Positions 35,001 to 46,807 are shown, counted from the first letter of the stretch. The stretch is DNA of 64,000 nucleotides from Rebecca billardiae RCC1528 (GCA_965240325.2 OZ251246.1:744001-808000); one strand, 5' to 3'. The notes: generated by a model from the sequence alone, not told the origin. A program made the numbers and translations.

Positions 35001-38000
35001 CACCTCAAAGATGTGCGGGTGCCGTTTCTGGACGCTTCTAGCCTTGATCTCCTGAACATTTGTAGGGGAGATGAGTTTAGTCAGTCGACTGACTAAACTT
35101 TTTCTTCAATCAAGGCTCCTCACGACTAGGCGCCGTCTTGCACGAAATCCCTATCCTCTCGTCTGGCGGTCTTGCATCAAATCCTGGACTCGCGAGGGCA
35201 AGGGGTGGGCCCTCTACCTACGGCCGCCAAACCGGTAATACGCGTTCTGAGCCCGGTCTGGTTGCGGGCGGCCCGGGGCCGCCGCGCCCCGGCTGCCGGG
35301 GCGGCGACTCGGGGAGGCGAGCGTTGGCGCGCGCCCGCCGTGGCCGCGGCGGCAGCGGGGTCGTTGGGCCATCCCAGGGGTATCCGAGCCTCTCGACAAG
35401 GGGCCGTGGCTGCGCCTCGCGTGGGCTGTACTGCACGCGGGCAGCCGACACGAATGCGATGCGCCATCCAAGCGCGAGCCCGAGAGCTTTCGCGACACGG
35501 GTGCTGCGCGAGCACGTCTGAAGGAGCGGGCAAGGTCTCGAGAGGAAGCAGGGAGACCACAGAAGTGCTAGCTCGCAACGACAGTCAGGGAGCGCGAGCC
35601 GCCCCGCTGCGCTGCCTGAGCCGGTCGCCCCACGGGCACGGCCACGGGCCACGCGTGGCGGGCAAACGTGACTGCCGCGCGGCAAGGCTTGGTGAGTGTG
35701 TACATGCTTCAAGTGGCTGGTCGCTGGTAGAGCTGCTGCATCCCAATCGCGAGCAGCCAGTAACAGCGACTCGGCCGCGCCGCCGCGGCCGTGCTCCGCA
35801 GTTCTGGTGCCCGCTCGGAACTGACGGTCACGGTTGCGCACCCGCGGGCGGCGAGACCAGTCAGTGGGCCGGCTCTGCCGCCGTCCCTGAGCGTGACCCG
35901 CAGTGGCGTCGCCGGGCTTGCAGGGGGGTCTAAGCCGGCCGCCCGCCCGAACCGGAGCCTGGCACGACCGTATCCGGCCCGCGCCGCCGCGCGCTGCCAC
36001 AGTGGCCGGTGGCGGTGGCACGCGTCGGGCCCGCGCAGCCCGCGCGGCCCGCGCCGCCGCGCGGCCCGCGAGCGCGGGCCTCATCCGACGAATAATAAGA
36101 CTGACGAGTATCACGAACGAATATGGCGCCAATGCGGGATAGTGCGACTGGAGTGCTGAGCCGTGACTGACTACGTCATGCCTACCAGCCGTACGTACAT
36201 CCCCGCCCACTATTCGGATGGTAGCCCGCGGTCGGCGGCGGCGGGCCGCCGATGATTGTCCCGCCGGTCGCTGTGACATCCTTCCACTTACGCCAGGTGA
36301 AGCGCAGGCCGATGACCGACTGGAAGTCGGTGAACAGGACGAGCTGGTGCGGGCTCTCGGCGAGCGTCGTGGCGGGAGAGAAGATCTCGGCGTAGTTGTC
36401 CGACGCGTTGCCGTTCAGCGGAGCGATCGAGAAGAAGGGCCAGCCGGGGGCGAGCGGCAAGCTCGCGTGAGATGCGAGCTCGAGCTCGTACCGGCCGCGC
36501 AGCCAGCGGCCCAGGCGGTCCTCGGCGAAGAGGTCGATGACGGCAGCATCGTACGCGGTGGCATCGACCTGGACCGATGCGCGCTCGGCTGCGTGCAAGC
36601 CTCGGCAGTGCGCGACGACGCGCGTGAGCAGCCGATCGAAGATCGCCGCCTGCTGCTGCTGGCGGACGCGAATGTGCATCGGCTCCCGCCACAGGAACTC
36701 ACGGTACCGCGCGACGAGGTTGTGCACAGCCTCCGCCGGCGGGCGGTACAGCTTCGCGCCGTGCTCGATGGCGACGATGGTGACGTGGCGATACACCTTA
36801 CTGCCGGCGAGGCAGCCCGCGACACGGCGCTCGGACTCGACGCACGCCGCATTGCCGCAACCAGATCGGCGTCCGCGGCGATGCCAATCTCATCGCGCCC
36901 TGCGCGGCGCGCGCGGGCACGCGCGCAGGACGCGCGTCAACACGGGCGGCGGGGGGGAGCGGGCACGGCGCGCGCGCAGCGGGATCCGATCGTACCGAGA
37001 TCGAGCACGTGCTCGTCCGCCTCCCCGAGCAAGCACGGCCGCAGCGGGTAGCCGCGCTGCTGCCCGTCCTCCGCAGCCCCTGTCGTCGTCGGCAGCACGA
37101 TGCCGCCGTCCGGCTGCTTCCAGGCCTTCAGGCCGACACCGAACTCGAATGGCATGCGGGCGGTCGGGAGCTGCGCGATGACCTCCTCGGGTGGCTCGGT
37201 CAGATTCATGTTCGCCACATGCAGCACGTTGCGCTTGGCCTTGAACGGCTGCGGCTCGGACTCGCCCTGCCTGGCATCACAGACGACGGGGCGGACGACG
37301 ACACGCGGTGTTGGCGCGCCGCGGGTATGCGCGCGCAGGGAGGGATCGCGGGCGGGGCGGCGCACCTCGGGCGCTTGAACGCGGTCCATGCATTCACGAA
37401 GAAGTCCAGTGCGCCCCCGCGCGCGAGGAACTCCGCAAGGTTCTTCCACACCATCACCTTGCCATGCACCGTCTCGACCTCGATCTCCTCCTCCTTCCAG
37501 TTGCCGACGTGCTCGTAGACCTCCGCAGGGTGGTAGTCTGCGGTGCGCGTCTTGCCAGGCAAGTCCTCCACGAAGTAGAACCACTTTACCATGAGGGTCA
37601 CTGACCCCGCGACGACTTCTTGACGACGCGGCGCACCTGCGCGAGCCCGGCGCGCTCCGAAGGCCTGCCGTTCTTCTGCAGCCACTGCACGACGACATGG
37701 TCTCCGATTCCGATATTGATGCCGCGCCAGATGACGCCGACATTCCGCAATCGTCCTCCCCGCGTGGCGGCGGTGACGAGCTCCGGCGCGGTGGCCGGCG
37801 GGAGCTCCCCGCTCCGTCCATGACTTCGACAAACCGCGAGGGGCCGTTCGACCGGCGCTCAGCCGGAACGGAGCGACTCAACCAGGCTCGGCGGTTGCTC
37901 AAAAACCTATTCATGCCCTCCACCGCCCCTGGTGCAGGCCGGGCGTTGATTCATGATTGGCTGTCGGTTGCTATTGCAGTTTTAAGAAAATCTCGTGGAA

Positions 38001-38036
38001 CGTGGCCGGAAAAGGCACCCGCACATCTTTGAGGTG
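35001..38036. mobile_element. CAC-terminal TIR DNA transposon carrying a chromatin-domain cargo gene
   Basis: Perfect 23-bp TIR CACCTCAAAGATGTGCGGGTGCC (35001-35023 / 38014-38036), extending to about 31 bp with 2 mismatches. No clean TSD (GAT|...|ACT). Confidence 0.85.
36182..37821 (-). CDS. BAH-domain protein with possible divergent SET-like C-terminal region (spliced; two 1-nt frameshifts)
   Basis: Reconstructed GINIGIGDHVVVQW...LAQVRRV...VTLMVKWFYFVEDL...EVY...IEVETVHGKVMV...DFFVN follows the BAH pattern. Intron 37271-37365 keeps the frame; further introns near 36900-36995 and 36801-36847. Single G losses near 37808 and 37601. Confidence 0.6.
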
Positions 38037-38328
38037 ACTATGCCGAGTGATGAAGATATCGTCTATATAGCAGATATATATATAATATAGATCTCTCTCT
38101 CTCTCTCTCTCTAGTCGTCTCTACTAATAATACTTACTCAGCATACTAGTACTAAATACTAGCAGCCTACTACTACTCCGAGTCCGTACTCGCTAAGTCG
38201 GCAGGACGTCTCCGACTGCTGACGGCCGATACTTACTACGACTCAGCAGCCAAGTAAGACGTATCATGGATCGTCAGATTATTGGCTGCGGCCCCGTCTG
38301 CGGGCTGCAGGCTGCGAGTGCGGCGTGC

Positions 38329-40521
38329 TCAACGTCCGAGACCGAGGAGGTTGCTCAGCTGGTAGAGGAAGGGCTGCAGCTCTGGCACCGCCGACTGCGC
38401 CATGGACAACGCCTCCTTCACCGCCCCTGTCCCCTTTTGCAGCTGCTCCGGTGCGAGGCTGGGCAGGTTGAGCTTGGGCACGGCGGGCGCGAGAGGCTGG
38501 TCGCCAGGCGCTTCAGGTGGACCCCACGTTTCTTGCCGCCCGCCGCCCTGCGCCCACGCGGCCGCCATGCCGTCGCGCGCCGGGAAGCGCGCCTGCGTCA
38601 TGCACGCGCGGTACGCCGAGCCGTTCCCGTAGCCGAACAGCTCCTCCAGCCCCCAGTCCAGCCGGAGCAAGAGCAACTTGAACGCTCCTCGCGTCATCAT
38701 CGGCGCGATTTTGCATGGGTCGGTCGTCGCCGTGCGGAGCCGAGAGGCTTTCCACATGCTCAAGACCGTGCCCTTGTCCGGCGTGCCCTGCGGCGAGATG
38801 CTGGCGAGCGGGAAGCGCGCGGCGCCGCGCTGCACGCAGAGGCCGAGCACGCGCGCGAGCATGCACGGCACCCGGTGCCGCAGCGTCACCGTGTCCTCGT
38901 GCCGAAGCACCAGCACAGGCCCAGCGCCGCGCGCCGCGCCGCGCCTGCTCACCGTGTGCACGAGCTGCTCTCGCCGCGTGGTCTCGTCGGCGGGCTCGAG
39001 CTCGAAGGCGTCGCGCAGGAGCTTGAGCTTGGCGGCGCGGAGCGCGATCACATTGCTGAATGCGTGCACCGCGCACACGCTCTGCAGCGGCACCGAGAGC
39101 TCGTGCATGGCGTCGTCCGCCGCCGCCCGCCAGTCGGCGCCCGACGTTTGATTCCTCACGTACCCAAGTCTGATGCAGCGCTCCGCCGCCCCCGGCACTT
39201 TCCACGAGCGCCACTCGGCCTTGACGAACTCGAGGAAGGGGCGCGAGATCAGCCAGCGCGCGTGGTGCGGCTCGCGGTGCATCGCGAGCAGCCACTGGAG
39301 CGGCTCGCGCACCATCAGGATCACCGGCGCACCACCCGCGTGCAGCGCGCGCAGGTTTGCCGAAACCTCCGCGAGAACGCGCGGCCCGTCTGAGGCCCAC
39401 ATGTGCTTGTGCACCAGCTGCGTCGCGGGCGCGGCCGCGCCAAAGTTGAGGGCGACGACGGCGGCCAGCCCGTTCGTGCCGCTGTGCCGCTCGCCGAGCA
39501 GGTGGTACCCCTGCGCGCCCGCCAAGCTGCGGCACGTGCCCGGCTGGCCGGGCTGGCCGGCATCGGTGCCGTTACCGTCCGCGCGGCTCGGTTCGCGCGG
39601 CAGCGGCCGCAGCGGTGCCGGGCAGAGCACCTCCCACCGCTCCGGGTTGCGCAGCTTGCGGAGGGCGCTGGACTCGAGCAGCCGCCAGCGCGCCGCCCAG
39701 CGCTCCTTCTCCTCGCCCGCCCGCTCCACCCGCCTCAGCACCAGCCCGGCGTGATATTTGTCAGTCCGGTGCAGCAGCTGCGGAATCCGACGCTCGCCGA
39801 GCAATTCTGCGAGAAGGAGCTCGAAGCTCTGCGCCGCGTCGGCGGAGGCGCGGCGCAGCGCGTCGAGCCGCGCGGAGAGGGCGTCGGCGCTCTTCGCCGC
39901 CACGAGCGGGATGCGCCAGCCCGCGGACCCGTCCACCACGTCGATGCGCGTGCCGTGCACGTCTGCGGCCGCGCCGCCAAGCCGGCTGCACCCGCGCGGG
40001 TTAAAGATGTCACGCGGCTCGAGGCGGAAGCCGGACGCCGCCTCCGAGCGCCACGGCCCGGCGGTGCGCTCGAGCGAGTGCGCCATCCCCGGCGGGTACA
40101 AGACGTCGTCGTCCACCGTCACGATGTGCGTGCGCATCACGACGGCGCGCGTGTTCTGCTCGAGCGGGAGCAGCCCAAGTTTCCGCGCAACTTCCGAGAG
40201 CCGGCGCTCGTACAGGTAGCGCACGGTGGGCACGAGCTTGGTGGCGGGGCCGTAGTCCCGCCCGCACCGGTTCACCGTGGCTAGCGCCTGCACGGCGCGC
40301 GGCAGCTCCGCGTCATCCGGGTAGCGTTGGCCGGTGCGCTCGTGCACGTCCGGAAGGTTGAGAAGAATCTCATCGAACGGGCGGCTCTGCTGGCTGGGGC
40401 CGAGGGAGGCGAGGGTCGGGATGATCGACAGGAGGCGGCCGGGCGAGGTCGTCAGGCTCGCGACGAGGTAGATCGCGCCGCGCGCGAGCTTGCTCGCCGC
40501 CTTGGGCGCGGTGGCGTTCAT
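38329..40521 (-). CDS. GT-A glycosyltransferase - sulfotransferase fusion protein
   Basis: N-half: VASLTTSPGRL, ILLNLP, DYGPATKL, IVTVDDDVLYP (DxD). C-half: LLGERHSGTN (5'-PSB loop), HKH, VREPLQWL (3'-PB), LRHED. Confidence 0.75.
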   Translation of the reverse strand: MNATAPKAASKLARGAIYLVASLTTSPGRLLSIIPTLASLGPSQQSRPFDEILLNLPDVHERTGQRYPDDAELPRAVQALATVNRCGRDYGPATKLVPTVRYLYERRLSEVARKLGLLPLEQNTRAVVMRTHIVTVDDDVLYPPGMAHSLERTAGPWRSEAASGFRLEPRDIFNPRGCSRLGGAAADVHGTRIDVVDGSAGWRIPLVAAKSADALSARLDALRRASADAAQSFELLLAELLGERRIPQLLHRTDKYHAGLVLRRVERAGEEKERWAARWRLLESSALRKLRNPERWEVLCPAPLRPLPREPSRADGNGTDAGQPGQPGTCRSLAGAQGYHLLGERHSGTNGLAAVVALNFGAAAPATQLVHKHMWASDGPRVLAEVSANLRALHAGGAPVILMVREPLQWLLAMHREPHHARWLISRPFLEFVKAEWRSWKVPGAAERCIRLGYVRNQTSGADWRAAADDAMHELSVPLQSVCAVHAFSNVIALRAAKLKLLRDAFELEPADETTRREQLVHTVSRRGAARGAGPVLVLRHEDTVTLRHRVPCMLARVLGLCVQRGAARFPLASISPQGTPDKGTVLSMWKASRLRTATTDPCKIAPMMTRGAFKLLLLRLDWGLEELFGYGNGSAYRACMTQARFPARDGMAAAWAQGGGRQETWGPPEAPGDQPLAPAVPKLNLPSLAPEQLQKGTGAVKEALSMAQSAVPELQPFLYQLSNLLGLGR

Positions 40522-40635
40522 CGCCACCCCACGCACCCCGACACCCCCGCGCCCCAGCTGCGAGTGGGTGCCGCTAGTATTACCATAACTAGCAGTAGTA
40601 TCAATGATCCCAACTTTCGTTTGGCATCCGCCATG

Positions 40636-41644
40636 AAGCCCATTTCACGTAACCAACCTCCAATAGCTGGCGGGAGTCTGAACTACAAACAATCTTGTGA
40701 AAGCCGAGGAGGCGAAGGGGGAAGGGCCGCCTGCGCATGGGGCCGTGAGCCCGCGTGCCGGCCGCTTGGTGGCCCCCGCCGCCGAGGTCGTCTCCGCGTC
40801 ACACATCGACGTGCGTCAGTTTGATGTGTCTCATCGGGCGTGTGTGAATACTTGCAGGGGCGCTGCATTCCTTGAAGGCTCGGTATCGCACCCCTCCGAG
40901 TGTGCACGCTCGTCAAGCCGTGACCGTGCGAGATGCTCGGCGTGTGGGCTTACACGCCGACAATGTAGGCGAGATGAGCGGTGCCGAGGGCCAAGAGATG
41001 GGTGATTCCACGCGGGAGTAGTCTCGTGCGAGGCGGCCGGCCCCTCGCGCATCGGCTCGGGGCGCGCCTGAAGCACTGGGCACTCTCATTCACACCCTTG
41101 TCTCCACCATCCCAAGCTTACCTTAAATATCTCAGAACGGCGTGTTTCTGTGATTTTGGCGAGTGTGTGGTGATCGCGGAGGCGACGGACAGGCTCACCA
41201 TGGCAGCTTCAGGCGCGCCCCGAGCCGATGCGCGAGGGGCCGGCCGCCTCGCATGAGACTACCCCCGCGTGGAATCACCCATCTCTTGGCCCTCAGCACC
41301 GCTCATCTCGCCTACATTGTCGGCGTGTAAGCCCACACGCCGAGCATCTCGCACGGTCACGGCTTGACGAGCGTGCACACTCGGAGGGGTGCGATACCGA
41401 GCCTTCAAGGAATGCAGCGCCCCTGCAAGTATTCACACACGCCCGATGAGACACATCAAACTGACGCACGTCGATGTGTGACGCGGAGACGACCTCGGCG
41501 GCGGGGGCCACCAAGCGGCCGGCACGCGGGCTCACGGCCCCATGCGCAGGCGGCCCTTCCCCCTTCGCCTCCTCGGCTTTCACAAGATTGTTTGTAGTTC
41601 AGACTCCCGCCAGCTATTGGAGGTTGGTTACGTGAAATGGGCTT
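40636..41644. mobile_element. Foldback/MITE-like element: 439-bp inverted arms, 131-bp spacer
   Basis: 40636-41074 is the reverse complement of 41206-41644; only about 3 substitutions seen. Confidence 0.9.
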
Positions 41645-41729
41645 ATCCAGTTTCGCTCGAGAGCTGGCCGCTTGCCCACCGTTCCGAAACACCTCCCTTG
41701 CCGAAACCGTCGTCATCCGGTCGACATCC

Positions 41730-44723
41730 ATGGCTGCCGTGCTCGCGCTCGGCCGACGTCACGCACCCTATGCGCACCGCTCGGAGTGGGTGGCGCTGCG
41801 GCCGGTGGATGTGCGCGCCGTGATACGGATGGAGCAGGAGGCGAGCACGTGGGTGCAGGCCGCCTGGCGCGGGCACGCCGTCCGCGCCGCGCTTCGAAAG
41901 CCACGGCGCGGCGGCATCAACGGCGCGCTCGCTTCGCCGCGGCCGGCGCCGCCCGCCCTGCGCACGCCGTCGCCGACGCCAAGGGTGCGGCGCGTGCTCG
42001 GCGGGAGAAACACCGAGGTGCCCACTGACGCCACCCTCAGCCGCGCCCTCCGCCTCGCCGCCGCCGCGCATGCCGCGGCGGCCAAGGGAAGGCCAGCGCC
42101 TGGGCGCGGCGCGGGCTCCGCAGCCGCCGCAGCCGCAACCGTGCGCGCGGTGCGCGGCGCGGCGCGACGGAGTGCTCGCGAGTGGGCCGGCGTGGCGGGT
42201 GAAGGCACGCACAGCGTCAGGCGCCGAGCGCTGGCGCGCTGGCGCGCTGCAGCCGCGCGAGACGGCGCGCACGCGGCCGCTGCGCGCGCGCCGCTGCGCG
42301 CGCGCCGCGCGTTGCGTGCCTTCGCCTCCGCCGCGGCCGCTGCGCGCGCGGCGAGCGGCCAGCTCGACGCAGCGGAGCGCGCGATGCTCAGCCGTGCCAT
42401 TCGAGCCCTCGTGCGCCTCGCCGCGCGCCGCGCAGCCGCGCTGGCGCTCGGCGCCGTCCGTGCTACACTTCCACTCGCGCGCTGGCGGGCGCGCGCGCGC
42501 GCGGCGCCGACTGCACGGTACGCCGGCGGTGCGGTGCGGCGGCGTGCGCTCGCGCGCGCGCTGGCGGAGGCCTCCGCGCGCTCGACCCGCGCGCACGTGG
42601 CGGCCGAGCGCCTCGACGCCGCCCGTGCACTGTGGGCGCGCACAGGCGCGCGGCGCGTGCTGCGCGCCGCACGCGCGGCCGCGGCGCCGCGCGCCGCGCG
42701 CCGCGCGCGCCTCCGGCGCATCGCCCTCGCGGCGTGGTGGCTGCTGTGCGCGCGGGCGGCGTCGGCGCGGGCGCAGCGGCGGATCGCGCGGCGCGCGGCG
42801 CTGGCGCGCGCGCGCGCGCGCTGGCTCGGCGCGTGGCGCGCGCGCATCCGCCGCCGCGCCGCGCGCGCGCGCAGCGGGCACGCTGCGGCCGCGGCCGAGC
42901 TCGCCGCAACAGCGGAGGTGCGGTGGCGCCGCAAGGCGGCCGCGGGTGGCCTCGTCGCGCTGCGGCGCAGTGCGGCGGCGGCGGCGGGCGCGGCGCCGGT
43001 GCGCGTGCGCGTGCGCACGCGCGACGCCATGGCGCGCGCGCACGCCCGTGCGCGCGCCACGGGGCACGCCCTGCGCGTGCTGACTGGCCGCTATCGAGCG
43101 GCCGCCGCGCGCGCCGCGGCCGCGGCCGCTGCGGCGGCGCTGGCAGCGGCGCGCGCAGCGGCCGCGGACGGCGTGGCGAGCGCGGCGACGGGCGAGGGCG
43201 CGTACGTGGCGCAGCTGCGCTGGCGCTTCGGCCGCTGGCGTGCGCGCCTCGCCGCCGCGCCCTCGCGCGCCCTCGCGCACGTGCGCCGCGCTCAGCGCGC
43301 GCGCGCAGCCGCGGCCGCGCTGTCTCGAATCGCAGGCGCCGCGGCGCGCGCGCACGCGCGCGCGGCGCGCGCCGAGCGCGCGCGCGACGCGTGGCGACGC
43401 GCGGCGCTGCGTGAGACGGCGGGCGGCGCGGCGGCCGTGCGCGTGCACAGCGCAGAGCACGCGCTCGCCCTCGCCGCGCGCTCGCTGCGCGCGCTCGACT
43501 CCGCGCTCCGGCGCCTTGCAAGCGCTCGTGCCGCGCGCCGCGCCGCGCGCGCGGCCGCGGCCGCGATCGCCGCGCGGCGCGCGAGCGCCGCACTGCTCGC
43601 GGCGCACGTGCACGCCGCGAAGTTCGCACGCGCGCGCGTGGCGGCGGCCGTGCACGCGCGGCACGCCGGCGCGCGCGCGCTCCGCGCGCTGAGCGCCGCG
43701 GCGCTCCTGGCGCGCGCCTCCGCCGCGCAAGCCGCCGCGGCGCGCGCGCGCCGCGCCGCGGGCGGCAGTGGTGGTGCTTTGCTCGCGTGGCGGCGGCACG
43801 CGCGGCGGGGCGTGGCGGCGGGCAGCGGCGCAGCGGGGCAGGCGGTGCGTGCGCGGGCGAGTGCTCTGGCCGCATGGGCCGGGGCCGCGCACGCGTCCCG
43901 CCGCGCCGCCGCGCGCGCCGCCATCGCCCACGCGGGTGCGGCGCGCGCGCGCGCGGCGCGCGGCGCGCGGCGGTGGCGGCGCGCCGCGGTGCAACTTGCG
44001 CGGGCGGCCGCGGCGGAGGCGGTTGCGGCGCGGCACGCGCGGCTCGGCGTGTTGCGCGCGTGGGCGGCTGCACCGCCGCGCGCGCCATCGCCCACGCCCG
44101 CGCACCTTCGGCACGCCGCCCTCGCGCCCCGCTGGCGCGCGTGGTCCCGCGAGGCGCGCGGCGCGCGGCGCCGCGCCGCCGCGCGCGCGGCCGCGCGCCA
44201 CGGCACGGCCGCGGCCGCGTGGCGGCGCGCTTGGGGGCTGTGGCGGGGCCACGCGCTGGCGCGCGTGCTCGGCGAGGGCGCGGGGCAGGCGGCGCGCGGC
44301 GCGCATCGCGCACGCGCGCTCCGCGCCGCGTGCGCGGCGTGGCGCAGGCTGGCCGTCTCGGCGACGGCTGCGGCTGCGGCCGCCGCCGCAGCCCCTGAAG
44401 CAGACATGCCTGCGGCCGCGCCGCAAGCGGCCGCGCCGCAAGCGGCCGCGCCGCCTGCCGCCGCGACGCCCGCGGCCGTGCCGCCGCCGTCGTCGCAGCC
44501 ATGGCACGCTGCTGCGGCGGCGGCTGCCGAGGGTGTGCCCGCCACCGCCGCGAGCGCGCCGCCGGCAAGCTCTGCTCTGCGGTACTGGCGCGCGCGGGAG
44601 GTCGACGCAGCCGCCGTGCGCGCTCGCTCGCCCCGCCCACCCGCCGCGCGCGCCGCGCCCGCAAGCGCCATTGGGCGCGTGCCCTTGCCCGAGGCGCGGA
44701 GCGCGGCGCGCGGCGGCGCGGCA

Positions 44724-44756
<33 letters not shown>

Positions 44757-45695
44757 AGCGGCGGCGGCGCTGGGCCTCTGCGTGTCGTGCGTGGCGGCGG
44801 CATCCGTCCCGTCAGCAGCCGCGCTGCCGACGGCGGACCCCACGGCCGCGCCGTCGCGCGGGCGTGGCACACCCTGCGCACGCACGCAGGCGCGGCGCGC
44901 GCGCGCACACATGTCGCGGCGCGCGTGCTCGACCGCCGCCGCGCGCGCGCGCTGCGGCTGTGGGCGGCGGCGGCCTTTGCAGCCCGTGTGGGCAGGGCAG
45001 CGCTCGGCGCCGCGGCCGTGGCATGGCGCGCGCACGCCCGCGCGGCAGCGGCGCGCGCGGCAGCGGCGGCGGCCGTGGTCGCTGCCGCTCGCGCGCGCGG
45101 CTGGGCGCGCACGCGCAGCGCGTGCGCGAGCGCGCGCGTGCGCAGGAGGCCGCGGCACGTGCAGCCAGGCGGGGGCGCGAGTGCCCTGGGCGCCGCCGCT
45201 GCACGCTCGGCGCTCGCGCGCTGGGCAAAGGCAGCAGCGCTTGAGCTCGCACTGGCCGTGCCCCCGCCTGCGCCAAGCCCCACGCACGCCCCCCCAGCGG
45301 CCTCGCCGTCACGCGCCGCCGCCGCCGCCGCCGCCGTGGCAGCCCGCCCGTGGAGCCGTGCTGAAGCGGCGGTGCGCACGGCCGCGGATGGCAGCAGTGC
45401 AACGCCGCGGCGCGCCGCGGGGTCGCAGCCCAAGCCGCGGCAGTCGCCCGTGCGCGCGCCGCGCGCGACACGCGAGCAAGGGCCGGCAGAGCGACCCCTG
45501 GTCCGAGCGCGCGTGACAGCCGCGTCCCGCCGCGTGCTGCTGCGCGCAGCGGCGCGCCAGACGGCGACGGCGCGCTGCGCGGACGCACTGGGCGTGTGGC
45601 GGGCTCTGGCACAGCGCGCGGCACTGCGCGAGCTCCGCGCGCTCGGAGCGCGCGTTCGCAGTGGTGCTGGCAGCATGACGACGAAGCATCATTGA
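41730..45695 (+). CDS. Large Ala/Arg-rich protein with IQ motif and Sfi1-like Trp repeats
   Basis: N-terminal IQ-like TWVQAAWRGHAVR; recurring (A/L)xxW(R/A) units (ALARWR, LGAWR, FGRWR, LLAWR, LGVWR). The start is uncertain. Confidence 0.55.
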
Positions 45696-46272
45696 CAAAT
45701 ATATTGCACATCATCACATGCAGCTCAGGCAGGCGCGATTGACGCCCGCCAGTAGTAGGCCGCCCCAGGCTGAAATTGAAAACGTTCAAATTATATATAT
45801 ATATATATATATAATATATATTAAAATTGTCTGAAGTTCAGTTATCAGCGCATACTTAGTTAGTTAGTACGATTCCATGGTCGAAGCGAGGCTTCCCATC
45901 GAGCCGCTATCGAGCGTCGCCTTGCAAGACGACAGCGTCCGTCTTAGTTAGCAGAGCCCACGCGTGAGTGGCGTGCCGTCCCTCATGCGGCCCGACGGTG
46001 GCGAGGCGGCCGCCGTGCGGCCGTGCGCGACACAGCGAGTGCGAGTCCGCATGCCGACGGTCACGGAACAAACCAGACAAATGGCGGTGTAGGCCGCCAG
46101 GCAGAGGGCGAGCTGCCCAAGAAAAAAGAGGCGGGTGGACTGCAGTGGGCAGGACGAGCGAGACCACAGAGTGCCGCAGACAATGCCAGGCGCCCCCGGA
46201 ACGCAGCGAGCTCAGGCGCATCTCGCGCACTGAGAGGCTCGTGCGGCCGCGAGCGCCGTGGTGGGCGCAGCC

Positions 46273-46551
46273 TCAGTCGTCGTCGTCGTCGAGGAGGTCG
46301 GTGCGAAAGGCGTGGCTGTACAAGCACTCCATCGTGCAGAAGCGCTCGCGGTCTAGGCTCTCGGAGAGCTGGCCGAGGATCTTGACGCCGGCGTGCTTTG
46401 CAACCGAGTGCACGAGCACGCTCTTCAAGCTGCCGCCGCAGTTGAGGCACGCGGTGGCGTCGGCGAAGGCGGATGGATCGGCGCGGTCGTGCGGGGCGTA
46501 CTGCCGCCGCCCCGGGATCGGGACCGCAGGCTGCTTCGGCGGCTTGCACAT
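46273..46551 (-). CDS. Small treble-clef Zn-finger protein (CxxC...FCxxxC)
   Basis: CLNCG ... RFCTMECLY, acidic tail and host-like codon use; divergent from the ENT gene. Confidence 0.5.
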   Translation of the reverse strand: MCKPPKQPAVPIPGRRQYAPHDRADPSAFADATACLNCGGSLKSVLVHSVAKHAGVKILGQLSESLDRERFCTMECLYSHAFRTDLLDDDDD

Positions 46552-46807
46552 CGCGAGGGTATTCGGCGGCTCCGCGTGGCGCGGCTATCTCAGCATGCTG
46601 CTGCCATGAACTCGTCTCTGGACTGGCAAGGCGCGTGCCAAGTCCTGCGCTCGCTGACTCGGCCGCTCGCCCAAGCCCTGGCCGTGTCTGGAATTCAGTT
46701 CCGGCGCACAAAAAAGCCGGAACGAGCTCTTTCCGATCAGCAGTGCGCATCAACTCGGCTGGCCAGACGTTGGCACGTGCAACCCCGGCCGCGGGCGCCG
46801 GGCCAGC

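Noticed and set aside
41643-45287. 1214-aa minus-strand ORF and many other long overlapping ORFs
   Set aside because: Shadow frames of extremely GC-rich, stop-poor DNA; no motifs.
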